Assembly (NCBI GenBank): GCA_944391425.1
Contig: CALXTO010000003.1
Location: 4,787 to 68,786 of the forward strand
From: an uncultured Alphaproteobacteria bacterium
GTDB lineage: Bacteria; Pseudomonadota; Alphaproteobacteria; RF32; CAG-239
Reading direction: 5' to 3'
DNA: 64,000 nucleotides
Shown here in pieces: positions 19,306 through 28,420 of the stretch. How positions within the stretch are numbered: position 1 is the stretch's first letter; every line of letters starts with the position of its first letter. A program made the translations under genes and the position numbers. The notes under the pieces were generated by a model, which was given only the letters and a program-made list of their open reading frames with translations, was not told where the DNA came from and searched no databases.

Positions 19306-19382
19306 GGGCCCATAGCTCAGTTGGTTAGAGCAGGCCGCTCATAACGGTCTGGTCGTTGGTTCGAGTCCATCTGGGCCCACCA
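19306..19382 (+). tRNA. tRNA with CAU anticodon (Met elongator, or Ile2/lysidine type; closely resembles E. coli ileX)
   Basis: Cloverleaf: acceptor GGGCCCA/TGGGCCC, D-arm tagctcagttggttagagc, anticodon stem ggccg/cggtc with loop ctCATaa, T-arm gttgg-ttcgagt-ccatc (one U-U mismatch), and an encoded CCA. Confidence 0.85.
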
Positions 19383-19387
19383 TAGTT

Positions 19388-19416
19388 AACAGCTCCTATC
19401 GCGGGAGCTGTTTTTG
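19388..19416 (+). terminator. terminator after the tRNA
   Basis: cagctcc-tatcgcg-ggagctg hairpin followed by ttttt. Confidence 0.65.
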
Positions 19417-19717
19417 CGTCGCTACGGAAAGCTTTGCTTTCCTACTTACGCGAACAACTAACCTTTGTTGCGGCTGAAGCCTAACAAAGCTAAGAGAAGT
19501 TTCTTTTATAAATCAATAGGTTAGACTAGTTCGGAAGTTGCAAATTTCAAAATCAGATTTGGGGAAGTTTATGCGGCTGTGAAAACAGCTGCTTTTTGTT
19601 TTGTGATATTTTTCTTTGATTTTTGAGAAGTTTTTTTAATCATGAGATTGTGTCGGCAGCTTGCATAGTTTTTTTATAGGCTTAAATCAAAGTTGGAAAA
19701 TTTTTATAAAAAAGTAC

Positions 19718-19748
19718 TTGACTTAGAGTAAACTCTAAAAATTATACT
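19718..19748 (+). promoter_or_regulatory. candidate promoter with a perfect palindromic operator TAGAGTAAACTCTA
   Basis: TTGACT at 19718-19723 is immediately followed by the 14-bp palindrome (19724-19737), then TATACT at 19743-19748. The spacer is 19 nt, so the promoter call is weak. A structured ~150-nt leader with two hairpins (19761-19797 and 19813-19840) follows. Confidence 0.3.
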
Positions 19749-19896
19749 TTGTAAAAACATACTTGCCGTGGCAGCCGGAAATGCAGCGGCAAGTATGTCG
19801 GAAAGCGACCGCCGGACAATATGCGGGCAGGGTGTCCGGCAGAAGAAGGCATTTAAGGATTTTTGATTTAAGGTATAAATATTGAAGGAGGAGAAC

Positions 19897-20529
19897 ATGA
19901 AAGTTTTGCTGATTAACGGCTCGCCAAATAAAAACGGCTGCACTTATACCGCTTTGCAGGAAATTGCCGATCAACTGAAAAAGGAGGGTATCGGTTCTGA
20001 AATTTATCATATCGGAACGGAAGCGATCCGTCCTTGTCTTGCCTGCCGGGCATGTGCCAAACTCGGTAAATGCGTTATAAACGACAAAGTTAATGAATTT
20101 GTTGACAAAGCTGCGGAATTTGACGGTTATATTATCGGTTCTCCGGTTCATTATGCTTCGGCCAGCGGTGTTGTCGTGCCGTTTTTGGATCGGGCTTTCT
20201 TTTCGTCTTTTTTGGGCGGTCGCGGCATTTTCCGCCACAAACCCGGTTCGGCAATCGTCAGCGCCAGGCGCGCCGGCACGACGGCGACAATTGACCAGCT
20301 CAATAAATATTTCCAGATTGCGGAAATGCCGGTTATTTCGGGACGTTATTGGAATATGGTTCATGGCGCAACTCCTGCAGAAGTTGTTCAGGATAAAGAA
20401 GGAATGCAGAATATGCGTATTTTGGCCAAAAACATGGCTTATCATTTAAAATGTCAAGAAGCTGCCGCAAAGGTCGGAATAACGCCTCCCACACCGGAGA
20501 CGGTCGAATTTACTAACTTTATCAGGTAA
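19897..20529 (+). CDS. NAD(P)H-dependent FMN reductase / flavodoxin-like fold protein
   Basis: MKVLLINGSPNKNGCT...GSPVHYASASGVV pattern typical of the iron-sulfur flavoprotein / NADPH-FMN reductase family. GGAGG SD before the ATG. Confidence 0.7.
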   Translation: MKVLLINGSPNKNGCTYTALQEIADQLKKEGIGSEIYHIGTEAIRPCLACRACAKLGKCVINDKVNEFVDKAAEFDGYIIGSPVHYASASGVVVPFLDRAFFSSFLGGRGIFRHKPGSAIVSARRAGTTATIDQLNKYFQIAEMPVISGRYWNMVHGATPAEVVQDKEGMQNMRILAKNMAYHLKCQEAAAKVGITPPTPETVEFTNFIR

Positions 20530-20541
20530 AGGAATTGCGAA

Positions 20542-21561
20542 ATGATGAAAAAACTTTTGGTTTCGCTTGTTTTGGGAACAATGTTGTTTTTAGGAGAAAA
20601 TGCTATGGCACAGGAGGTTTTGAACGCCAAACAGAAATCAATTGCGACAGCTGCCGCGTATGCGGCCCGCGGTGACCAGAAAGGGTTGCGGCAGGCTTTG
20701 ATTGATGGGCTTGATGCGGGAGTCACCGTTAACGAGTTTAAGGAAATTTTAGTGCAGGTATATGCTTATTGCGGGTTTCCGCGGAGCTTGAATGCCTTGA
20801 ACACCCTGATGCAGGTTGTAGACGAACGCGGCAATCGTGATGAACAAGGGGCGCTGCCCGGAGCCAAACCCAAAGGCAACAGTCTGGATTACGGCACGGA
20901 AAACCAAACCAAGCTGGTAGGTGCGCCCGTGCAAGGAAAATTGTATGCTTTTGCGCCGGCGATTGACGAGTTTCTGAAAGCGCATTTGTTTGGAGATATT
21001 TTTGCCCGCGATAATGTTGACTGGCAAACCCGAGAGCTTGCCACGATTGCAATGCTGGCTTCTTTAACCGGTGTTGACAGTCAATTGAAAAGCCATATTA
21101 ATGTTGGCAAACACAATGGTTTGACAGATGCACAGGTGAAAGAGGTCTTGGAAATTGCTTCCGAGAGCGGTGCGAAAAACGTTTTGTTCGGTTTTGGTGC
21201 TGAGAATACTGCTTATGCCAAATACTTTGTCGGCCAGAGTTATCTGCAGCCTTTGGCAAATGACGGGGTCAATGCATCCAACGTTACTTTTGAACCCGGA
21301 GCTCGCAATAACTGGCATATTCATCGTAAAAGCGGACAGACACTGTTAGTGGTTGCCGGGCGCGGTTACTATCAGGAATGGGGAAAGCCCGCGCAGGTGT
21401 TGAAAGCCGGTGATGTTGTCAGTATTCCCGAAGGGGTTAAGCACTGGCACGGCGCAGCCAGAGACAGTTGGTTTACGCATATTGCCATATCCGTCCCGAC
21501 GGAAGGCGCTTCTACCGAATGGCTGGAAGCTGTCAGCGAGGATGAATACGGAAAGCTGTAA
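20542..21561 (+). CDS. secreted carboxymuconolactone decarboxylase-family (tandem CMD halves) protein with a C-terminal cupin domain
   Basis: Signal peptide; TVNEFKEILVQVYAYCGFPRSLNAL (CMD), a second CMD-like half, and a cupin segment NNWHIHRKSGQTLLVVAGRGYYQEWGKPAQVLKAGDVVSIPEGVKHWHGA. Starts 12 nt after the previous gene. Confidence 0.7.
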   Translation: MMKKLLVSLVLGTMLFLGENAMAQEVLNAKQKSIATAAAYAARGDQKGLRQALIDGLDAGVTVNEFKEILVQVYAYCGFPRSLNALNTLMQVVDERGNRDEQGALPGAKPKGNSLDYGTENQTKLVGAPVQGKLYAFAPAIDEFLKAHLFGDIFARDNVDWQTRELATIAMLASLTGVDSQLKSHINVGKHNGLTDAQVKEVLEIASESGAKNVLFGFGAENTAYAKYFVGQSYLQPLANDGVNASNVTFEPGARNNWHIHRKSGQTLLVVAGRGYYQEWGKPAQVLKAGDVVSIPEGVKHWHGAARDSWFTHIAISVPTEGASTEWLEAVSEDEYGKL

Positions 21562-21584
21562 TAAACACGGCTTTAGGGGAAACA

Positions 21585-21615
21585 AAACGGCTCTTTTTTC
21601 AAAAGAGCCGTTTTG
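21585..21615 (+). terminator. rho-independent terminator
   Basis: aacggctctttt-ttc-aaaagagccgtt perfect hairpin followed by tttt. Confidence 0.7.
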
Positions 21616-21639
21616 ATGTTGACTTTCCGGAGGCCAATA

Positions 21640-21742
21640 AATAAGTTAATATGGCTGGTTGCCGGGCGATTTCGATTTTCCGCCGACAGGCTTTTAAAGG
21701 CGGGAAAAGACAGTGTTTTTTATATGAAGCGTTAGGAGGAAA
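21640..21742 (+). ncRNA. candidate guanidine-I (ykkC-like) riboswitch leader of sugE/gdx
   Basis: The segments GGUUGCCGGGCGAUUUCGAU...CCGCCGACAGG...GGCGGGAAAAG resemble, from memory, the ykkC consensus blocks GGGUUCCGG / GGUCCGAGAG / ACGGCGGGAnAAAAG. A U-run terminator-like tract lies at 21706-21712, and the position is directly upstream of a Gdx-type SMR exporter. Unverified. Confidence 0.3.
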
Positions 21743-21745
21743 ACA

Positions 21746-22063
21746 GTGTCTTGGTTTTATTTGCTGATTGCCGCAATGTTTGAAGTCGGGTGGCCGGTAG
21801 GTTTGAAAATGGCCGAAATATCTTCTTTGAAAGCGGCTTGGATTGTTTTTGCCGTTGTTGCCATGGCTTTCAGCGGTATTTTTTTGTATGTGGCACAAAA
21901 AGAAATTCCCATTGGTACGGCATATGCCGTATGGACGGGCATTGGCGCCAGCTGCACTTTTATTGCCGGCGTTTTGTTTTTTCAGGACACACTATCTTTA
22001 ATGCGCGCTCTGGGTGTCGTGCTTATCATCACCGGTGTGGTATTTTTGAAATACGGTCATTAA
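21746..22063 (+). CDS. sugE: SMR-family exporter SugE/Gdx (guanidinium / quaternary ammonium efflux)
   Basis: 105 aa with four TM helices; the conserved glutamate in TM1 (AAMFEVGWPVGLK) and AYAVWTGIGA motif. GTG start with an AGGAGG SD. Confidence 0.85.
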   Translation: MSWFYLLIAAMFEVGWPVGLKMAEISSLKAAWIVFAVVAMAFSGIFLYVAQKEIPIGTAYAVWTGIGASCTFIAGVLFFQDTLSLMRALGVVLIITGVVFLKYGH

Positions 22064-22068
22064 TGGCT

Positions 22069-23577
22069 TTATTTTTCTTTGCCGTTGGTCTTTGTTTTCA
22101 GGCTGCCGTCGGTAAACAGCTTGTTTAATCCGCTGATGGGAATATAAGCCATTTGCGGCCGGTGGCATACTTCATAATTTACCTCATAAAGGTTTTTGCG
22201 GAATATTTCCAAAGACAGCCAGGGATTATCAAGCGTATGCCGGCCCAAAAATCTCCGCGAAGCTTCGTTTATCAGCGGTTTGAGCGCTTTTTGAGCATAT
22301 TGTCTTCGTTTGGCGGCTTCTGCCGCATCAGTAGTTTCGGCGGCGAAATTTTCAACGGCAACAGCTCCCAGATATCCGTCAAGAGAGCGGTACATACCGG
22401 CATAGTCGCGGACGGCAATGTGTTTTTGTTTGCGTTGCTCAAGCGGCAGTGCCGGTTCTCCGGCAAAATCGGTGAATTTGAGGTCATTTTCTTCGGTTAC
22501 CAGAACCTGTCCAAGGTGAAAATCGCCGTGCACCCGGCAGATAGTTTCCGGGGCAGGGCTGTTTCTGATTTTTTTAATTTGTCGGCTGACAAACTTTGAG
22601 GTTAGCCCATCCCAATTTTTCAAAAGTTTCCGGGTTTGGGTTTTTGACGGTTCGGGAAGGTTTTCAAGATTATCGGCAATGTTGCGTTTGGTTTGATACA
22701 GCAAAACTTCCATCTGTTTTTGGTAGGTACGGAGGTATGCGGCATCCGCTTGTTGCGGCGTGAAGGCCGGATTATCGTCTTTTTGGGACAGACAGTCGAG
22801 CATTTCCTGCGTTTTTTGGCCCAGTTTGTCTATCAATGCCATAAATTCCGGGCAGTTATTTTTATTCAGGAGTACATGATCCGCATATCCCCGGTACAGT
22901 TTTTCCTTTATATATTTGAGAGAATAATTCCACATATCTCCTTTGTTTTTGACGAATTCCTGGATGATACCTGATGACGCTTTTTGGTTTTTGTCATTAT
23001 ACAAAACCAGAAAACCATATGTCTGCGGCATGACAAGGCTTTGGTCCCGCATCAGTTTTTTGTTCATTTCAAATTCGGGATTTTCGTTTTCCGAAAAAGC
23101 CAGAATGCGTTCGAGTTTGAATGCCAGCCGCTTGTCTCCCACGACGACGGTGGTATTACTTTGCTCGACACCCAGAGGGCGGGAAGCTTCATTTTTGCAG
23201 TCTTTGAGGACAGAGGCAGAGGTAGCTTCAAATTCAAGATGCCAGCCGCAGGGAAAATCAATGCGGTTTCTGTTTTTTTCAAAATGACTGACAAGGGATG
23301 TCCAGAAATCTTTTTCCGCAACGGCATCCTTATAAGTGACGCCGTTTAACTTGACACTGTTTTTATCGGCAGGGTCTTTGGCACGTTTGAGCGGCATCAT
23401 GAAGCAGCGTTCTTTTTTATCGGCAAATTCGACGCGGCCGACAGCCAGAATTTTGTCTTTGCCAAAAGCGGCAGTATTAAAAGTTATGTTATGAACTTGG
23501 CCATTGCTGATTTCTGATTTGAAATTGCACCAACGCTGATTATACAAATAATCTTTTATGTTTTTTAAATTGCTCAT
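22069..23577 (-). CDS. putative maltokinase-like phosphotransferase (Mak/Pep2-like, APH/choline-kinase superfamily)
   Basis: 502 aa. Catalytic-loop-like HGDFHLGQVL and DFAGEP (DFG-like). The N-terminal cap domain is reminiscent of TreS-fused maltokinases, from memory. Divergent from malQ. Confidence 0.45.
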   Translation of the reverse strand: MSNLKNIKDYLYNQRWCNFKSEISNGQVHNITFNTAAFGKDKILAVGRVEFADKKERCFMMPLKRAKDPADKNSVKLNGVTYKDAVAEKDFWTSLVSHFEKNRNRIDFPCGWHLEFEATSASVLKDCKNEASRPLGVEQSNTTVVVGDKRLAFKLERILAFSENENPEFEMNKKLMRDQSLVMPQTYGFLVLYNDKNQKASSGIIQEFVKNKGDMWNYSLKYIKEKLYRGYADHVLLNKNNCPEFMALIDKLGQKTQEMLDCLSQKDDNPAFTPQQADAAYLRTYQKQMEVLLYQTKRNIADNLENLPEPSKTQTRKLLKNWDGLTSKFVSRQIKKIRNSPAPETICRVHGDFHLGQVLVTEENDLKFTDFAGEPALPLEQRKQKHIAVRDYAGMYRSLDGYLGAVAVENFAAETTDAAEAAKRRQYAQKALKPLINEASRRFLGRHTLDNPWLSLEIFRKNLYEVNYEVCHRPQMAYIPISGLNKLFTDGSLKTKTNGKEK

Positions 23578-23679
23578 GTTTTTCTTTGGGGGTTGTAAAA
23601 ATATATGCTTAGTTTATAATCAAATATCTTCGGAGTAAAGCATTATTTTGTCTAAAAACCATCCGAGCAAAGGAAGAAA

Positions 23680-25809
23680 ATGAAAAAAATTGATGAACTG
23701 GCTGAAGTCTATAAAATTGCGCCGTCGTATGTTGACAAGACGGGAAAAGTTCACTATACCGATGACCGCGTACGCCGTTTTTTTCTGAAATCCATTCTCG
23801 GCAGAGAACTGTCCGACGAACTGCTGGCGCGTAAGCTGTCTGAGGCGAATTTGCCCAAAATCCTGCCGGAAGTTGTATCTTTTTTTGAAAATGAAAAGAT
23901 TGTGCTGAAGCCGGAAAAGGTGAGTGGCAGTTTTGAACTTTCTCTTATTGATGAAGACGGTCGGACCGTCTGGCAAAAAGACTGCCGCGGCGGTTCGGAA
24001 ATTGAAATCGACGGCATTTCTCCCGGCTATTACGAGCTTGTGGCAAAGGAAGACGGCCGTTGTCATAAATCCCTGTTGATATATGCGCCGGTATTGTGTT
24101 ATCAGCCTCCGTTTCTGAAAAGAAAAGAACATTTGAGCGGCGTATCGCTGATGTTGTATGCCTTGCATTCCCGTAACAGCATGGGTATCGGAGATTTTGG
24201 AGATTTGGCAGAAATTATTAAGCTGACGGCGCAAAACGGCGGGGATGTTGTCGGTGTTAACCCTTTAGGCGTTATGTCCGCTGCTAATATGGTCGATGAT
24301 GCCACCGCCGACGTGTCGCCTTACCGGACACTGAGCCGGCTGTTTGTAAATTATGGCTATCTGGATTTGCGTTGTGAAGAAGATTTTGTAAAATCGGCGG
24401 CGGTCAGCGCTTTTATGCGGGACGGAAAAACAACGGCCTTGTTAGAGCGATTGAATGCTTCGGATCTGGTTTTGTATAAAGAAGTCCTGACATTGAAACT
24501 TAAAATACTTGAGCTGATGTTTGAGCATTTTTTGCAATGTGCCGATGCTGAGAGGAAATTGCAATTTGAAACTTATAAGGCTGACAAGGGTGAAGCTTTG
24601 GCCAACTTATGTCTTTTTGAGGTTTTGACGGAAGAAGCGGGGGCCAACAGCTTTTGGCGGCACTGGAAGCAAGGGCTGAACGATGCTGCTTCGGTCAGTG
24701 TCAGGGCTTTTGCAAAACGAAAGCGCAGGCGGATGGAGTTTTTTGCCTATTGTCACTGGCTGGCGGAACTGCAAGTGAAGAAACTACAGGAATTGGCTGT
24801 TTCTCTGGGAATGAAAATTGGATTATATACGGATATGCCGATTGGCGCAGCGTCAAATGGTTGTGAAGTTTGGGAAAATCCCGATGTCTATGTTTTGGAT
24901 TGTACGATCGGTGCGCCTGCGGATCCGATGCGTCCGCGCGGACAGAGTTGGGGGTTTAATCCCTATCATCCGGAGGAATTGATCCGGCAGCATTATGCGC
25001 CATTTATCCGCCTGGTGCGGGAGAACATGAAAAATTCCGGGGCTCTCAGAATTGATCATGCTATGGGGTTGCAGCGTTTGTTCTGGGGCTTTTTTGAACG
25101 AGGAAATCCTGTGGTGCAGGGTGCCTACGTTTATTATAACCTTAAAGATTTGACGGCGATTCTTTCTTTGGAAAGCAATCGCAGCCGGTGTCTGGTTGTC
25201 GGGGAAGATTTGGGTACCGTTCCGGATGGGTTCAGGGAGTATATGGCTGAGCACGGGCTTTTGTCTTATAAGGTATTTTACCGCCAAAAGGAAAAAAACG
25301 GTGCATTTGTCCGGCCGAAAGATTATCAGTATCTTTCCCTGGCGCAGACGTCAACGCATGACCAGGCGACGGCCTGCGGTTTTTGGGCCAATGAAGATAT
25401 TGAAGTGTTTAACGGCAGAGGTTTGTATGTGAATGAAACACAATATCTAGAAAATTTGTCCGGGCGGCGGAAAGACCGTGAGAATATGCTGAAGGCTCTG
25501 GTCCGGGACAACATCATTCCGGATTGTGAGGCGGACAGACTTAAGACGGATGTTGAAAAAGGGGAAATTATTCCCGACGATATCGGCTTATATGTAAATC
25601 AGTTTGGTGCCAGCACTAACAGCGCATTGTTTTTGGTACGTTTGTGTGACATATACAAACAACGGGAACTTGACAATGCACCAGGAACGGTTTTTGAATA
25701 TCCCAACTGGCGCCGTAAACTGAGCGTCAGCGTTGAGGATATCGCAGCGGGGAAAGCATTTGCAGAGAGTATGAAAATTGTCAATGATAACCGTCCGAAA
25801 ACGGTTTGA
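23680..25809 (+). CDS. malQ: 4-alpha-glucanotransferase (amylomaltase, GH77), long MalQ form
   Basis: GIGDFGDL, RIDHAMGLQRLFW and VVGEDLGTVP motifs of GH77. 709 aa with an N-terminal extension, like E. coli MalQ. Confidence 0.8.
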   Translation: MKKIDELAEVYKIAPSYVDKTGKVHYTDDRVRRFFLKSILGRELSDELLARKLSEANLPKILPEVVSFFENEKIVLKPEKVSGSFELSLIDEDGRTVWQKDCRGGSEIEIDGISPGYYELVAKEDGRCHKSLLIYAPVLCYQPPFLKRKEHLSGVSLMLYALHSRNSMGIGDFGDLAEIIKLTAQNGGDVVGVNPLGVMSAANMVDDATADVSPYRTLSRLFVNYGYLDLRCEEDFVKSAAVSAFMRDGKTTALLERLNASDLVLYKEVLTLKLKILELMFEHFLQCADAERKLQFETYKADKGEALANLCLFEVLTEEAGANSFWRHWKQGLNDAASVSVRAFAKRKRRRMEFFAYCHWLAELQVKKLQELAVSLGMKIGLYTDMPIGAASNGCEVWENPDVYVLDCTIGAPADPMRPRGQSWGFNPYHPEELIRQHYAPFIRLVRENMKNSGALRIDHAMGLQRLFWGFFERGNPVVQGAYVYYNLKDLTAILSLESNRSRCLVVGEDLGTVPDGFREYMAEHGLLSYKVFYRQKEKNGAFVRPKDYQYLSLAQTSTHDQATACGFWANEDIEVFNGRGLYVNETQYLENLSGRRKDRENMLKALVRDNIIPDCEADRLKTDVEKGEIIPDDIGLYVNQFGASTNSALFLVRLCDIYKQRELDNAPGTVFEYPNWRRKLSVSVEDIAAGKAFAESMKIVNDNRPKTV

Positions 25810-25886
25810 TTTCCACCGTCCGGCGGAATTTGCTTGACATTGCAGGGATAACGTGTTTTGCCTTAAGCTTATTTAAGGAGGTTCTG

Positions 25887-26774
25887 ATGAGAAAAAACGT
25901 TTATTCTTCAAAATCACAGGCGCTGATGCTGGCATTTCAAAAAGATGAAACGACAAGCGCGCTGATTTACACGCATTTTGCAAAACAGGTAAAAGATAAA
26001 AAAGAGCGCGAGCTGTTGCAAAAAATCGCTCATGACGAAGAAACACATGCGCAAATTTGGCAGCATTATACCGGACAGAAGGTGCGTCCGAATATGCTGA
26101 AGGTGTGGTGGTACCGTTTTCTTGTTTATCTGCTGGGTTATACTTTTGTTATTAAGTCGCTGGAGCTGCATGAATATGAAGGCATTGAAAGCCTGAAGCC
26201 GCTGGAAGAAGAAATCCCGGAGGTAAAAAGGATTATTGCGGATGAAAAAGAGCATGAAAAACAATTGATTGACATGCTGGATGAAGAACGGCTGAATTAT
26301 GTCGGCGCCATGGTTCTGGGGTTGAATGATGCGCTGGTCGAACTGACGGGAACCATTGCCGGGCTGACTTTTGTTTTGACCAATACCACCCTGATTGCCA
26401 TGGCCGGGATTATTACCGGCATTGCGGCAACTTTGTCGATGGCGGCGTCAAATTATCTGGCCGAAAGGGCCGACGGCAATCCTAAGGCTTTGAAAGCAAG
26501 TTTTTATACGGGGATTGCATATCTGGTAACGGTTGTATTTCTGGTGTTGCCGTATCTGCTTTTTCCGGAAGGGATGTTTGTTGCCGCTTTGGTGTGCATG
26601 ATCGGTATCGTTGTCTTTTTGGTTTTTGTTTTCAATTATTATATTGCGACTGTAAGGTCAGAAGCTTTTTGGCCCAAGTTTATCGAAATGGCCACCATCA
26701 GTTTGTCTGTGGCGTTAATTTCATTCCTGATCGGGCTTGTTGCCAAAATGTGTTTCGGAATTGATGTCGGCTAA
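25887..26774 (+). CDS. mbfA: membrane-bound ferritin-like / VIT1-CCC1 family iron exporter (MbfA-like)
   Basis: An N-terminal erythrin/ferritin-like four-helix segment (ExxH: HDEETHAQIW, EKEHEKQ) is fused to a C-terminal VIT1 TM domain (YVGAMVLGLNDALVELTGTIAGL). AAGGAGG SD before the ATG at 25887. Confidence 0.7.
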   Translation: MRKNVYSSKSQALMLAFQKDETTSALIYTHFAKQVKDKKERELLQKIAHDEETHAQIWQHYTGQKVRPNMLKVWWYRFLVYLLGYTFVIKSLELHEYEGIESLKPLEEEIPEVKRIIADEKEHEKQLIDMLDEERLNYVGAMVLGLNDALVELTGTIAGLTFVLTNTTLIAMAGIITGIAATLSMAASNYLAERADGNPKALKASFYTGIAYLVTVVFLVLPYLLFPEGMFVAALVCMIGIVVFLVFVFNYYIATVRSEAFWPKFIEMATISLSVALISFLIGLVAKMCFGIDVG

Positions 26775-26785
26775 CCTGCCAGATA

Positions 26786-26817
26786 TAAAAAAGCTGCCGT
26801 CTGGCAGCTTTTTTTTT
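26786..26817. terminator. bidirectional terminator
   Basis: agctgcc-gtct-ggcagct hairpin flanked by an A-run and a 9-nt T-run; between convergent genes. Confidence 0.7.
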
Positions 26818-27007
26818 ATTTGATTTTAATATGAGTGGTCGTGCAGTTGTCGTTGGAAACGGTACCCATGAAAGCGTTCATGTGAACCTGGCACTTTTCA
26901 ATGGTAAGACCGTTTTCGCCGTCTGCGGAAATGTTGGTTACGAAAGGTCCGGCGTTGGTGCAGGCGCTGATGAGCATAAGGATTGGCAGAATAAGATATT
27001 TTTTCAT
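26816..27007 (-). CDS. small lipoprotein
   Basis: 63 aa. Lipobox signal MKKYLILPILMLISAC. GGAG SD before the start. Confidence 0.4.
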   Translation of the reverse strand: MKKYLILPILMLISACTNAGPFVTNISADGENGLTIEKCQVHMNAFMGTVSNDNCTTTHIKIK

Positions 27008-27166
27008 TATAAGTCTCCGTTTGGTTCAAATCGTCAGCAGGATAAGGCATATTTCAATAAAAGGCAAGAAAGTATTGGCGGTGATTGAAAATATTTCAGG
27101 GTCTGCCGGTGCTTTTATGGTATCTGTCAAATATTGAAATATGTGGCAAACCCTGAAAACCCTCTG

Positions 27167-27586
27167 TTATTTATTTTGCAGCTTTTTTCCGTAAATTTCG
27201 ATTTTGTGTCCGAGCATATCGTAGCCGTTCTGCCGGGCAATTTTTCTTAGCAGATTGTCCAGTTCACAGCTTGAGAATTCTTCTATTTTGCCGTTGTCGC
27301 GGTCAATGATATGATGATGATGGTCTTTAGCCGCGGCAGCCGTTTTTTCATAAACGGCTTCAATATCGGGAAATTCGTGTTTTTCGAGCAGATTGAGCGA
27401 ACATAGCGTATTGACCGTGCGGTAGACGGTAGATAAACCCAGACCCGGGTCCAGTTGTTTGGCCGCGGTGAAAATTCCGTTTATGGTCATATGTCCGGAA
27501 GCGTTTTCAAGGACGTTGAAAACAGCCAGTCTTGAAGCTGTGAGGCTGATCCCTTTTTGTTTGAATATTTTTTCAAAAACAGACAT
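27167..27586 (-). CDS. irr: Fur-family transcriptional regulator, Irr-like
   Basis: Fur-fold winged helix with a DHHHHII histidine cluster, but no structural C-x-x-C pairs, as in Irr. Adjacent to and divergent from mbfA, a known Irr target in alphaproteobacteria. Confidence 0.6.
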   Translation of the reverse strand: MSVFEKIFKQKGISLTASRLAVFNVLENASGHMTINGIFTAAKQLDPGLGLSTVYRTVNTLCSLNLLEKHEFPDIEAVYEKTAAAAKDHHHHIIDRDNGKIEEFSSCELDNLLRKIARQNGYDMLGHKIEIYGKKLQNK

Positions 27587-27717
27587 TTGTTTCCCTCTTA
27601 TGTTTGAGAATGATAATCATTTTCAAATATAAATCAATAAAAAAATGAAAATTTAAGAATATCTTAGTGAATTTGTTAAAAAATTGTATGTCGTAATTAT
27701 CATGATACAAAGGCAAA

Positions 27718-28284
27718 ATGGATAACCGGGAAAAAATGCGGGCAGGGCTGCTATATGATGCGGCTGGAGATACGGAACTGTGCCGGGAGAGGGAAAGAGC
27801 AAAAAATTTATGTTTGCAATTTAATAATCTTCCCTATGGTGCAAAAGGCGAAAGACGCAAAATTCTGGAAGAACTTTTGGGGCACGCGGGGACAAACTGC
27901 GATATTATCGGGCCGTTTATGTGCGATTACGGATATAATATCGAGGTCGGAGATAATTTTTTTGCCAATAATAACTTTACTATTCTGGACGGGGCAAAGG
28001 TAACGATTGGGAATAATGTTTTTATTGCACCAAACGTTGGAATTTATACGGCCGGGCATCCTTTGGACGCCCGGGAACGAGCGCGGGGGCTGGAATATGC
28101 TTATCCGGTCAGTATCGGCGATGACGTGTGGATCGGAGCGGGCGTTTCCATTTTGCCGGGGGTTTGTATCGGGGCGCGTTCGGTAATCGGGGCCGGAAGC
28201 GTGGTTACAAAAGATATTCCAGAAGACGTTTTGGCGTTTGGTAATCCGTGTCGGATTGTAAAGAAAATAAACAAAATCAGTTAG
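27718..28284 (+). CDS. sugar O-acetyltransferase (maltose/galactoside acetyltransferase family, hexapeptide repeats)
   Basis: N-terminal Maa domain (RAGLLYDA...ELCRERERAKNLCLQFN) followed by left-handed beta-helix hexapeptide repeats. Confidence 0.8.
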   Translation: MDNREKMRAGLLYDAAGDTELCRERERAKNLCLQFNNLPYGAKGERRKILEELLGHAGTNCDIIGPFMCDYGYNIEVGDNFFANNNFTILDGAKVTIGNNVFIAPNVGIYTAGHPLDARERARGLEYAYPVSIGDDVWIGAGVSILPGVCIGARSVIGAGSVVTKDIPEDVLAFGNPCRIVKKINKIS

Positions 28285-28420
28285 TTATGCGGTTTTTCTC
28301 CGTAACTTATTTTCAGGCGGTGATATGCTCATGTGGGGTGCGGCTGCCTTTTCATCTATTGAAAATCAGCATATGAGGATTATCTCAAAGACGATATAAT
28401 TTTTGTAAGGAGGATTATCC

